Shown: in pieces, positions 24,754 to 38,000 of the stretch | How the letters are laid out: each line of letters starts with the position of its first letter | How positions within the stretch are numbered: the first letter of the stretch is position 1 | DNA from: Amphiscolops sp. MND2022 | Lineage: Eukaryota | Direction: 5' to 3' | Assembly (NCBI GenBank): GCA_964187785.1 | Contig: OZ076409.1 | Location: 59,522,001-59,586,000, forward strand | Length of the DNA: 64,000 nucleotides | Notes under the pieces: generated by a model | Database searches by the model: none | The model's input: the letters and a program-made list of their open reading frames with translations, nothing else | What the model was told of the DNA's origin: nothing | Program-made: the position numbers and the translations under genes

Positions 24754-26889
24754 CTGAAACCATGCAAGCAAACTGGGCCATTTTCAATTCATCACATGAT
24801 ACACGTTTGTGAATTCCAGACTCAAGGTCAAATAGTGAAGCCATCTTGGAGCCGTTTTTACACTATAAGACCTTTATATACTATTGAAATCACATTAGCA
24901 GGTTTTCACTCAATTTATGAGAATTTAAAAATTCAAGAGTTTCACTAGCCGTGGAAGTCGATGTTTTCAACAGCCGAAATTTTTCTTTGGTCTCAAGAAA
25001 ACTCTAGGTGAAAAATTACGATCATCTCGATGTCGTTATTATTCGTAAAATCACTTTCAATTTAAGCTTGCGTGCGAGTGTTGGCCACATGAGTATGCTG
25101 TTTTTACAGCAAAAAAAATTGAGACGTTTCTAATTAAACGTACACGTCCACCTACAGTAAATGTAAAGGAACTCCACTTTGCAAAATGCATAACCTAATG
25201 CAAAACTAACCTCAAGAGAGGAAGATCTTTGGCGTATTTCCGACAAAACTTTTTCAGCTTGGAGTAGTTGCGATCTAAGAAGTACCGCTCGATGCGTTTT
25301 ACTGCACTTTCAGTTTTCATGCGTCACCAAATTTCTAAAATTAAATGAATGGACTAAAAACTCTGATCACCAATCTCCATTATATATTAGAAATTGACCA
25401 GAAGGGTTACAAGTCTACAGTAGATAGATATCTGAGTAGTTCACTCGCTATTTGGAATTTGTGTCTAATCAGACTTGAATTTTAGTGTGCGTTCATTTCA
25501 TCCCACATAGCAATTATACATACTAAAGAGTCTCGCCTTAATTAACCAATTAAAGACTAAACTTTAATGCCTACAATGTAATTTGCCAAGTTCTGATCAT
25601 ACGTTTGTAATAAGAAGGAACACGTGAATTTTTGCTCAAGATTCGAAGCATCCATAGTTGAAAATTCTATTACGCAACGCGGGCTCCTTTTTAAAAGATT
25701 GACAGAAAAGTGATTTTTTTCAGCGCCTTGTTCAGAAGTATTACAATTCCAACGAGTGATACTTCAGGGTTCCGTTTTCGTGGTTCACATTGGTGATTAG
25801 ACTCAAGACGTTTTTCGTTTTGCGCTAAGATTGAAATTGTGCGGCAGTAGTCTTTAATCTGAGACACAGTTGATAATTTAAATCTGGGGTGAAATGACAG
25901 TGGATCTTAGATTTTTGACACTGCGAATTAAGTATACACAATGTGAAGAGTCAACGGCCCTGTGTAATTACCGAATCCAAGTTACCATTTTAACTAGAAA
26001 CATACTCGAGTGAATTCTCGAATTAGACGGCTCGCAATCATCTAGCAAAAATGAGAAGTCAAAACCCCAATCGAACAAAATTTTGTATGAATACGAATCT
26101 ATAATGTCTATATTGTTTCAAAAATTGGTATTTCAATTTAAAAAGCGTATTTTAAACTTTCTGAATCATTAGGAGCGCGAATAAAGTCGAAAAGTGTTTC
26201 CGGAATATCATCCGAAGAAATAACGTCTACAATTCAATGTTTTAAAATAGGGAATGAGCATTTCTTGGTTTTAGACGTTATTCCCGTTTTAGATGTTATT
26301 CCCGCTTGCCACGATAATAGCGCATAGAACACTGTTGTGAAACGCATGATGGTAGAATTTCAGAGTCAGAATACAATACCACACAATTTAATGGGCTCCT
26401 CGCTAAATAACTTGCTCACTGTTTCTTGGAAACGTCTTTATCCGAAATGCTGTCATGTTTTCTGATACTAGAACTGTTTTACAATTAAACAAATTCAGAC
26501 CGGTATAAAGTCGACACGGTGCTCACCAGTTAAGGAAATCCTTGGCAGATTTTAATATTCGAATACAAACTTCGTGGATTATTTGAGGCTTAGCAAAATA
26601 GGTTTTTAATTCCGGTATAATCAAAGTATATTTACGCAATGTTGCATATGCGACTTCATTCTCATTTTGAACAGTTTCATTTAGTTGTTGCATTTCTTGA
26701 AATTGTTTCATATTCTCATTTTCGGTTGACGTTCATGAAGCATGAAAACTTCTGAATTTTGATTGTATTTCACAAGTTATCATAAAACTTCCCGGGCAAG
26801 TGTCAACTTCTGCTTCTGGAAATAAAGCATTTCTTCACTGGAAACAAAGGTGAAAATGTCACCACAAGATACAGACTATGGTAAAAGAA

Positions 26890-28078
26890 AACAAGCCGGG
26901 AACGGCATAAGTCGGCGCCATATCTAAGGCTCAAAAATAGCAAAAGGACTTCAAAGTGTTAAGTATTCGTTTACAGTACCTGAAAAACCCAGAAGTTGGA
27001 GCGAATTGGAGGTAGCGGGCCCCCGGCGCGCGAAAAGTGGGACCCTTTCGGAATTTTTAACATCCATTGCTGCAAAGCACCAAAAAATTGAAGGGGGACA
27101 CTTTGGGGATTTTTTTTTCAAAAAAAGTCCCAATCCCGAAAAAAACTAATAGACCCTTTGGGATGTTGAAAGACCCTTTGAGATTTTTCAACATCCATTC
27201 TGACGCCAAACATTGAAGTCTGTGCCTCTCTCAAGGTTAAAAAACAAGTTTTCAAATAAACAGAGGGGCAGTATTGTGAAAATTTTTTTACCGAATTTAC
27301 AGCACCAAAAAAGAACCGAAGGACTGGAACCGATACCCTTAGGACTGGAGAAACGTTTACCTTGGCTCGAAACATCAAAAACCCCATTTTTTGAAAAAAA
27401 TGTCGATTTTTTTGCCGAAGAAGTCTCAATGCCGAAAATCCAAGTGGGAGACCCTTCAAGTTCGCAAAACGAGCCAAAAAGATCTTCAAAAGTGAAGGGG
27501 TAGGTAACCTTTGACAAAACAAATTTTTGAAGAAAAGTAGCACAGCGTCGATAAACCGTAGATCCTTCTCACAGGTATTGAGAAACCTCTCAGTCCCACA
27601 TGACCTAAAAATAATCTAAGATTGTACTTTTATTACTTGAGAAACGGTTTCAATTTTTTTTCGAGAAAAATTCAATTTTTTTTCAAAAAGAATGCTTCAA
27701 AAAGTCGCAAAGTGTCGAAAACTACTATTTGAACCTCTATGCTCGCAACACGCTCCGTTTCTGTCGGAAAGCAGAGGGATGCTTTCCAGTTGAAAAAATA
27801 TCTGAAAAATATTCGCATAGTGCCGAAAAACCCAAAGGGGGATACATTGGTCTCCTCCCTACTTTTGCAAGCACATAAAATTTCGGTTTAGTGCGAGACT
27901 CAAACTCGCGGACTCCTGCTTTTCAGGCATTCTTAGAAATCTTACTTAACTTCTATGCCAAGTGAAGTTACAATACTTCTATGGCAGTCAGACAGCTTAT
28001 AGAAATCTGTCAGTTCGCCGGTCTTGAAAAAAAAACCACTGCTATAGCCGGGCTCTCTTTGAGAAGCGCCGACTAAAA
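26890..28078 (+). mobile_element. Long family A Helentron-like copy
   Basis: AACAAGCCGGGAACGGCATAAGTCGGCGCCATATC start; TAGCCGGGC..GCGCCGACTAAAA end. Confidence 0.6.
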
Positions 28079-29006
28079 TAAGAGACGTTCACGTCAATAT
28101 ATTGTCGTATAGCGAGTTCCTCTTATAACGTGTAATCGTATAATCGAAGAATTCGTATATCCTCCATTTTAGGATGCATTTCTTTGAAATTCGTCACAAA
28201 ACTTCCTAATTTCCGAAAACTTTAGCCCGTTATGGGAAAATCGACGCAAAATGGCTGAAAAGCGATTCTCCGTAAAACTCATCATAATGGCATCTTCGTA
28301 TAACGTAATTCGTATAACAAATTGCGGATTTCGTATAATTTTTAGTATAATCGTATATCGCGTACAATACACTGGTTCACGTGTGACGGACGAATTCGCA
28401 GAACGATCAGGAAAATCAGATTTTATAAAAACGATTTGATTTCATTGCAATTACATTCGATTGAATTTGAAACGTTTTCTATAATTTTAGGTGACCTTCT
28501 TCATTCAGGGGAGCAAAAATCAGGAGATGGAAAAATAAATTATGAGTATAAAGTTATAATTAAAGATGTGAAAACAAAAAATACAACGATATTTCATTCT
28601 AGGATTAAAGTTGTGAAAACGACAAAATAATTTAAAAATTTCATTCGGATATAAATTAGCAAATGGCACCAGCGTATTAAGGGACCTTCAATGATCCAAC
28701 TTTGTTCTTGAATTAGAAATTTTCGAATTTGAAATTCAATACCGTACAGACAGTCAAGGAAAATAGGCATCAATAAGTAACAAAAAGAGTCACAGATATT
28801 AGTTGCTTCTAAGTTCAATGACTTTTGAACAAATTTTTCCAAGAACTGACCAAAAAACCATATGCAAGTTGTTTTGCTCAAAATTCAACTTTCAAGACAA
28901 AATATTCGTTTTTTTTTTTCAAAAAGCAAGGCAAAGTCAGTAACATTATCGAAAGACTTGGAGGTCTGGATAATTGAGAGGTTGTCAGTCTACTTTATTC
29001 TATTGA

Positions 29007-32000
29007 CTACATTTTGCGGTTGAATTCTTCTTGTAGTTCCTTGACAGTATGGAAGTACTGTCTCTGTTTGTCGAGCAGGTCCATAAGCTGGCCATTTAGC
29101 TCATCTCTGGTCTTCTTGGCTCCTGATTGGCCCATCAACACCTTGTCTTTAGCCAATCCCGTGCTCTCAGTCACTGACTCCATATGCGACAAGAAGTTCT
29201 TCTTACCTGAAAAAAGTTCATAGGCTCTTCATGAGCTGTCTATTCATAAAACAAATAAACAAATTGATCATACGGGAAAAACTTTAGAACCAAGGCTATG
29301 TAATTAATTCGGTGATGAAAACTGTTAGGCCCGCAACTGATTTATTCAGGTTCTCGAATGGGAATTCTAGTAATACCTGGTTGTGAGAATTTTACCGGTT
29401 ACATTTCTGTTGCTTGCGGTGTTTCGATACAAAAACTGTCAAAAAATCTAAATAGTATTTTTAAACGATTGTTTAGGATTTCAGAACCAATGACTGCTAA
29501 AAAATAACAGTTAACTGATTCTATATAAGTCGTGATTCCGATGACAATTAAAAGAGAAATTGGGGCTCTAAAGGATACCATTTCCAAAAAGTTGTTTCAT
29601 TGACGTCACGGTAGGTTTCCAGCAGTGTTTTCATTCCTTGTTAAATTGAAGTGTATTTAGTTGAAAGGCTTCCTTCATCGAATAGTTGCAAATACCATAA
29701 CTTTTCTCGAGAACATAATTACATTGAAAGTCAAAAGGATGTAAGATTACTAGCAGTGTTCTTTCTCTCAGCTGCAACTTGCTGAAAACTACCTTGACCA
29801 TTATTTGCAAACCATAAACGCCATGTTTTGGATATTGAGACTTGAAAAATAGCTGACGGTTGAAAATTTGCTGTGGTAAATCTTTCGATTACGAACTGAT
29901 ATCTCGAAACAATTTTAATTTTAGAATATTTAGAATTGTGCAAAAGAAGTGAAAATTGGGTCACTCGCACTGAAACTATTGAATTAATCTTGTTTATCTA
30001 CCAATAGAGTTAAGTAAATGGAAACAAGCCGGGAACGACCCAAGTCGGCGCCATATCTAAGGCTCAAAAATAGCAAAAGGACTTCAAAGTGTCAAAGTAT
30101 TCCCTTCTACAGTACCGAAAAACCCACAAGTTGGACCGAATTGGCGCGCCTTCTACAGTACACGCATGATGAAAAAATTGAAAAAAATCCGAAACTTTTT
30201 TTTCGATTTTTTTTGGTTCTCTGGTAAGTCGCATAGTGCCAAAAATGTAAAAGGGGGCCCTTTGGGAGTTTTTGAACATCCATTCTTTTGCTAAATAGAA
30301 AAAAAATTGAAGGGGGACCCTTTGAAGACATTTAAAAAATTTGCGAAAAAAGTCTCACAAAGCCGAAATAATCTGCACAAAAAGTTTTTGGTCAAGGGTG
30401 GGACTCGAACCCACTTCCTTCTGTTTGACAGACCTCAAAAAAGCCTAATTAACTTCTATACCAAGTGCCAGTAGAAGTAGTGTGGCAGTTAGTGTTTGTG
30501 CAAGTCCGCTTATAAAACTGTCACTTCGTTGGTCTTAAAAAAAAAGAAACCAGAGCCGCATATGCGGTAAAGGAGTCGGCTAAGGTCTTTTTCCTTCTGA
30601 CTCGCTCGAATCCCAGTCATACGAATTTGATGAAATTGCACACAAAAGACCATAATATGGTGTAGAATGACTGCACAAAATTTCGTTCGAATCGTATGGA
30701 CAGTTTTTGCGAAAATCAGAAAAGTCTAAAAAGGCTGTTCTTGGCCATTTTGGCTATGTTTCTTACATCGCAGCCATACGATTTTGATGCTATTGCACAT
30801 ATAGGACTCTAATATGGTGTAGAATGACTAGAAAATTTCGTTCGAATCGTACGGACAGTTTTTAAGAAAATCAAAAAAGTCGAAAATGGCTGTTTTTTGG
30901 CCATTTTTGTGCTAATTTTTTGCTGTTTCTCACATTCCATTCATAGGATTTTGATGCCATTTCGCAGGCAGGGCCCCCTTTGGCTGTAGAATGACTGTGC
31001 AAAATTTCATGAAAATCGTATGGACAGTTTTTGAGAAATTTAAAATTTCCATGAAAGGTCGGGAGAAAAAACAAAAAACAACACGATTGCATAAGTATTC
31101 GATATTTTTTTCCGATTCCTAAAAAAGAAAAGTCACTGCTATAGTCTGCGTTTTTTCCGAAAAGCGCCGACTAAAAATTGGAGAATTGTAAGGATATTCT
31201 TATCTCAAAAGATATTATCTGCTTACGCAAAAATATTAAGTAATCAATCAATCAATAGTGTAGAGGCACGTCGCTCCGCTTCGCTTGGCTCCGGTATTGA
31301 GGGCATGTGGCCGCGGCAAATCATGATTGCCTTCTTTGGACGTTATTTACTACCAAGACTTTTGGACGTTATTTACCGTGCCCGAAAAGAATGCAGAAAA
31401 TTCATAATGTTGGCACGTTATAGGAACGAGGTATGTCTGTGAACGAGTATGGACAATGATGGTCTCGTTTTACACATAATGAAGCTAGTTTTATAATTGC
31501 TTGAAATGACGTACCTTTATAGTTTAATCTAATATTGTCCTTCGTAATACAGTACGATCACAAAATTAACCCAATACTTGGTCGAGAAAATTAACTGTAA
31601 CTTGCAACAAGTTTTCCGGCGATTTCGTTTCGACGAGTTTTCCTAGATTCAGCAAAATGCAATAGGGCAACGGTCGAAATTGAATATGGGAGGAAATGTC
31701 CTTACACCTTCGATTGGGTCTACGTTTTGAATTTATTTGGCGAGAAGTGGAGCGCTTACTTTCGGTACTAGCTTTGATGGCAGCCTCGTATCCATCGTGG
31801 ATAGAGTTCAACAGACTGATTTCCTTCTCCATGTAGCTCTTGGTATCACTCAGCGTGTTGTACAGCGCATACTGATGCTTAGTCTCCGTGTACTTGAACG
31901 ACATCTGGTTATACAACTCCACGAATCGCTTCTGGTACTGAATCAACTCCGCTTTACTCGGAATGTCATCCAATAAACGCTGGTAGCCCGCCATTTCACG

Positions 32001-35000
32001 CATCTTTCGGCCTAAAAATAGTTTCTTGAAATTGATCAGGCACCATGCATGGAACAAGAAACCAAACAAGATACATGTTTCACATTGGGACTAGGCATTG
32101 CAGCACTTTAAAGTATTTAAATTTTCGATGAATATACGAAATTATTAATGGCTCAATATATAAACATCCTACAATTTGTAAACTTCCATGTGTATTCCAT
32201 GCAAACATGATTCCCCTTTTGGGACAAAATCTTATTCTGTCTTTCAAAATTAGCATGGTCTTGAAACATTTTTGATGGAGGGACGAAAACAGAAAACAAC
32301 GGCAATCTCTCATACGAACATTCTGAATCTTCTTATGACTTTAAAGTAATACAAGAGGTGCATATATACAAGTGTATACAAGAGAAGCTATTTATTAAAT
32401 ATTCAAATTGACCTTCAAGTCATTCTTGACCTTTATCTTGGAGTATTCTCATTGTTAGTCGGCGGCGCTGTTCGATTAAGCAAAAGTGCCCGACTATTAC
32501 AGTGACTAGTTTTTTGACAGTCTCACTCTGAATGGTCCACGTTTTGTGCACGGTGCACTTTCACGGTAAGTCTTCAGTACTTGATTTTAAACGCATCTAA
32601 AGCCTCTAACATGAAAAACAAAACCATTCCAGAACATTCCATTGCACTTCATTTGTTTTCTAATTCTTTTTTCAGGTACGTTCTTTGCCTTTTGCCCAAA
32701 AACCGGCCAGGCAGTCTGAGTTTTGACTGTTGATTGTGACTCCTGAATTTGTCAAACACTTTGCCCTTTTTGAGCCTTGAGCGCCGACTTGGGCCGTTCC
32801 CGGCTTGTAATTTCATATCTCAACTCACAGAAAATGAATAAAGTAACCAAGCTACATCATTGGTTCAATTCGTTTCATGAACGTAAATCGGTTGAACTTT
32901 TTCTGTTGAATATCGTATCAGATCAGTCTTTTATTTTAAATAACTCGTCGAAACTGAAATCCATGACTAACCAATAAGGGCTTCGGCTTTGGCCACGCGG
33001 CTTTTAAGGTCCTCATGTGCTTCCAGTATCTCGGCTGGAACCGAAGTTTGGTTTCCACTAGTTGCGTCCGCCAATTGTTGTTTCAATTCCTCTACCTGCT
33101 TGGCAACTAATTCGGCGTCTTCTTTGCATTTGGCTTTAAACGCCGACTCCTTCTGTTTTACAGTTTCGTGTTGTTTAACCAGAGATTTAAGCGTTTCTAG
33201 AGCCGCTTTGTTTTCGTCAGTTTCCAATTGTTTCAGTTCGTCCAACAAATTGTCGATCGTTTCTGTTTTCTGTTGAAGGTCTATCAGTTCAGCTTTTTTG
33301 ACTTTGTAGGCTTCGTTCATCTGTTGATATGTTTTGGCTTTTTCGATAATCATTTTCTCTGTTTCTGATATTCGACTTTGCAACTGGGCAACCTGAAAAG
33401 CTACAAGTTTGAAACTGGGTTCCTGAAATGATAACAACACAGTATAAAACTACTTCGGCAATACTCTCTAAAGTATACTCAAAAAGTAGAGCTTTAACGA
33501 CAGGGTTGTTAAATTTTTGCATTATATCAAAAAAATTCGAATTATTCATGAAATATTCCGAATAAAACAGGAAGGTATGAAATTACTATATATCCCCTTT
33601 TTAACTCTGCACCTATGCGCCAAAAGTACGTACACACAGTGAACTTGGTATATGGTAACGCTTTACAATTTTATTGCATTTATCATCGAATATATCACTG
33701 AATAACTCGTGAATTATTCAGTCTTGAATTATTATTCCTCAACAACTTTGCTTAATTGTTGACAGAATCTAACTACAAAAATTAGTTTTGTGACCTGTGC
33801 CTATGGATATAACTAAACATTTTAAAACGAAAGATCCTAAAAACAAAAAAAAGCCACCAAAAAATGTCACTTCAATTTTTCAACTTTGAACGATTTTTTA
33901 AATCTATGTTGCTAAAATAGCCCAGGGCGTAAAATATGCATGTGCGTCTAGTTCAACTCGTATTGCGTACATACAAGAACAAATTAGATACATGTACTAA
34001 GTTACCACTGACTTGTTTGGCATGTTGTTGAGCGGGAGAGTTTTCCGCTTCTGACTTCTTCACATCGAACTGTGCCTGAAGTTGAGTCACTTGGTCAACC
34101 TTCTCACTGAGGAGAGAGCCAACCACTGCAGATGACAGCTTCATTGCACCCCCAGAAGAGGATCCCCCTGAGGCCGATGACGTCATCGAACCCAGCATCT
34201 GGTCCACCACGTTGGCCGCATCGTCTTGGCTGGTGTCGGTGCTTCCTAGAGATAAAGTTTATCTACAGTAGCGTTCTAACAAACGCGACTCCATTGCTTA
34301 AAAATTCTTTCAAAACCAAATATCTTAAAAATGGCCACAGATATAGAAAACTTCCTTTGTTAGCTTCAAAAGTTTCTTAGTTTCACAAAAACGTTTGTTT
34401 GAAAATTCTTGTAAAAATTGGAATTGGTATTGTATAGGAAAGTTGAATTTGACAGTTTTCAAGAAATTTGGATTTGAACTTTTCAAGGGAGTCGCGTTAT
34501 TTCAGAAGGCTTCTGTACGATTAGGACAAATTTAAACATCGTTTGAACCATTCAGTCACACATAATTAACAATCATTAACACACAAACCAGTTAACGTCC
34601 ATGATTATATAAAGAAAATGAACGCCAAAACTCAGAGTGAAAAGTTTTTTTATGAGAGGAAAACTCACAAATGCTAGAGAGATATCGTAGATTTGTTTTC
34701 AGATGTTGAAGAAGCATACGAATTTCATTGCTAAGGTAGTAATTTTAGGGAAAGCCCAATACTAGGGCCCCTAGTATTTCAGATCAAGTGAAGAATCATG
34801 CTCACTGCGAAATTGGGGAAAACAAATCATCATATTCAAAAAGCATCCGTTTGTTAGCTTTACAAACGTTTAGAAAACATGAATAGAAGTCAGTTAGGTG
34901 CACATAGTTTGAAGCTATTTGTTAAATTCACGCCACACTTTGAATAGATTCAAATCTTACCGAGAAATTTGTTCGTTCGGTTGCTACCTAAAATGTCTTC

Positions 35001-38000
35001 CTGACTACTTTAAGATAACAACCACACTGTTTAGAGAATGTGTACCAGTTCAGAACGGAACTTCAAAAAATTGACCGCATCTAAGATTTCTATCGTGCCA
35101 GGATATCTGTAACAAGGGAGCTTTCAATTATTTTTTCGATCAGAAACATCGCACCGAGAATCAATACAAGTAAAACATTCTTGGCGTGAGTTGTTTCTTT
35201 TGCTCTAGTACAATTCTCAATTCAGGATACTGTTGAAAGTGTTTGCTTGAATTGCAGTTGCAAAAAGTATGTTTATGCCCAAAACTTAATAACCTAATAA
35301 CGCGAACAGTAACTCAAAACAAATTAGCGTTTTGTGAGCCTAAAAATTCAAAGATTCTGAATGCTTAGTAAGAAAAACCGCTACATCTAATTCCAAGAAG
35401 ATTAAAACTAAAAGTAAAATGGGACCTTCGGATAGAAGTTGTAAAATATCTCCTTTCTTTCCGAACTCAAGAAGTGTACATTGGATGAGTGCCTGTTCTG
35501 ACTTGAGTTTCTTGTTGGAGGATCTCTTGAAGCAGCGAGACGGCAAATTCTCTTTCCGCAGAGCAACAGCGTTGTTTTTTGCAGCTACAGAGGACAATTG
35601 GAGTTGCGTGGTTTTGGGCAATTCGTGTCTTTTGCAAAAGTTGAATACACTTTGGGCCTTGTTCTGATCACCCATGGCTTCTCGATGGATGATCACCTAA
35701 AAATGAATGAGATGGCAAAACTGGCATAGCAACAACTCAGGTTTGTCGTAAAAAACAAGTACCCAACAAGAACTTATAATTAGCAGCAATTAGAATTCTT
35801 CTCAAGTTTCAAGCCCTTCTCTAACTGAAAACGTGGGAAAAATGGAAGAGGACCATTCTGTGAAAAGTTGAAAATTTCGAAGAAAAAAAAACGTTGCAAG
35901 AAAAAGCCTAAGAGTTTCTCAGTTTTGGTCCCAGATAGTTTAGTTTCGAGGATACGGTAAACACTATTAAAAAAACCCTAGGAGATTACCCTTCAACCCT
36001 CCCTTTAGAACTTAGGCGTAGTCTCAAAAGTGGACCATTCAGTGTGAGGTCTCTGGTCTGACGAAAAAAAATTGTCTTCAAGTATCTGGCACTTTCTTAC
36101 AAAAAGCGCCAACTGAAGGTGGCTTTAAAAAGGACAGCGAAACAAACATTCTAGAGGACAATAAATATGCCGCCCAATTGAGAAAGTTTCGGCGAAGAAG
36201 AATCACAACATGTGGGATGGGGCTTACCTTTTCCTTACACATGATATTCGTGATACTACAATTATCAACGACACCTAAAACTCTTCAAAGTAGATAAATA
36301 AATTGTGGTTACCAGCTGACCTGTTTGACTAGCCATTGGATGATGGGGTAAATGGCGATGTAGTTGAATCCCTGGATCTCGTGGGGTTGGATGGCGTGGG
36401 GGCACTTCATGCGGGGCAGAACAGACACTATCTTCTCCACAAGACTGATCTTCTCTCCCACGTTGGCGTTCTCTTGGAACAGGATGTCCACATCCACGTT
36501 GAAGTTGCAGATGGTAATGCACCACACAATGCCACCCACTACTTGGTCGAACGGAGACAGACCCTAAACACGTTTCATCACTTTTACGAGTTACCTCTCC
36601 TGCGTCTAATTATTTACAATCGAAAATGATATTTTCAATATAAATCTAGGGGAGCATGGCGTAGTGGTTGGGGAGCATGGCGTAGAGGTTGGGGAACATG
36701 GCGTAGTGGTCGGGGAGCATGGCGTAGTGGTCGGGAAGCATGACGTAGTGGTCGGGGAGCATGGCGTAGTGGTCGGGGAGCATGGCGTAGTGGTTGGGGG
36801 GCACGGCGTAGTGGTTGGGGAGCATGGCGTAGTGGTTGGGAAGCATGGCGTAGTGGTCGAGGAGCATGGCGCAGTGGTCGAAGAGCATGGCGTAGTGGTT
36901 GGGGAGCATGGCGTAGTGGCCGGGGAGCATGGCGTAGTGGTTGGGGAGCATGGCGTAGTGGTTGGGGAGCATGGCGTAGTGGTTGGGGGCATGGCGCAGT
37001 GGTCGGGGAGCATGGCGTAGTGGTTGGGGAGCATGGCGTAGTGGTTGGGGAGCATGGCGTAGTGGTTGGGGGCATGGCGCAGTGGTTGGGGGCATGGCGC
37101 AGTGGTTGGGGAGCATGGCGTAGTGGTTGGGGAGCATGGCGTAGTGGTTGGGGGCATGGCGCAGTGGTTGGGGAGCATGGCGTAGTGGTTGGGGAGCATG
37201 GCGTAGTGGTTGGGGAGCATGGCGTAGTGGTTGGGGAGCATGGTGTAGTGGTCGGGGAGCATGGCGTAGTGGTCGGGGAGCATGGCGTAGTGGTTGGGGA
37301 GCATTGCGTAGTGGTCGGGGAGCATGGCGTAGAGGATGGGAAGCATGGCGTAGTGGTTAGAGCATTTGGCCTGTACTGGGACGGTATCAGGTTCGAATCT
37401 CTCTCAACTTACCATTGTTGGGCCTTAAGCCTTCCATCCCTAGCTTGGTGGTATGGTCAGTGACAAAAAATAACGCATTTGGCAGCGATATAAAGCAATA
37501 TACAAAGAGCAACGGTGAGCAGTCAGACCTTTGTGACCTTGAGCAAGTCACTCTGAAACCACAGCTTTAAGTCCACCATTGCTTGACTATTGGGCTGCAA
37601 ATATGGTACCATAGCTAGCTGTGGGGAGACAGTATCCGAAAGGGCGCCGACTTAGAAAAACAGAACTGCTTATTCGGCGTCCACCTCGCGGAATTGTGGA
37701 AATAAACTTTGTTTTGTAGGAAAATAGATTTGTGTAGTTTGAATTGGGGAAATTTTTCTCAAGGTTCATTATTTTTTAAGCTTGCCAATATTTGCAACGC
37801 AATATAAGGAAGATATCATTTCCTAACGAAAACGCAAAAACCATTGGTTTTCATCACCATTGAAACTTGTACACATACACAATCAGGGATACATCCGACA
37901 AATACATTTTCAAACTGAAAAAATCAGACTCGACGGACAAGATTTGAGAAAAAATCGGACGAAAGAATATGCTTGTAGTTTATATTTAAGTTTGTAAACT

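Noticed and set aside
26523..26711. Exon-like 62-aa ORF with a GTGAGC donor
   Set aside because: In-frame stop just upstream, no recognisable homology and no partner exons found.
36649..37358. CRISPR-like array
   Set aside because: Units are head-to-tail with no unique spacers, there are no cas genes, and the context is eukaryotic.
36606..37463. Long ORFs on both strands (PNHYAML, TTPCSP and VVVGEHG repeats)
   Set aside because: They are translations of a stop-free 21-bp minisatellite inside an intron.
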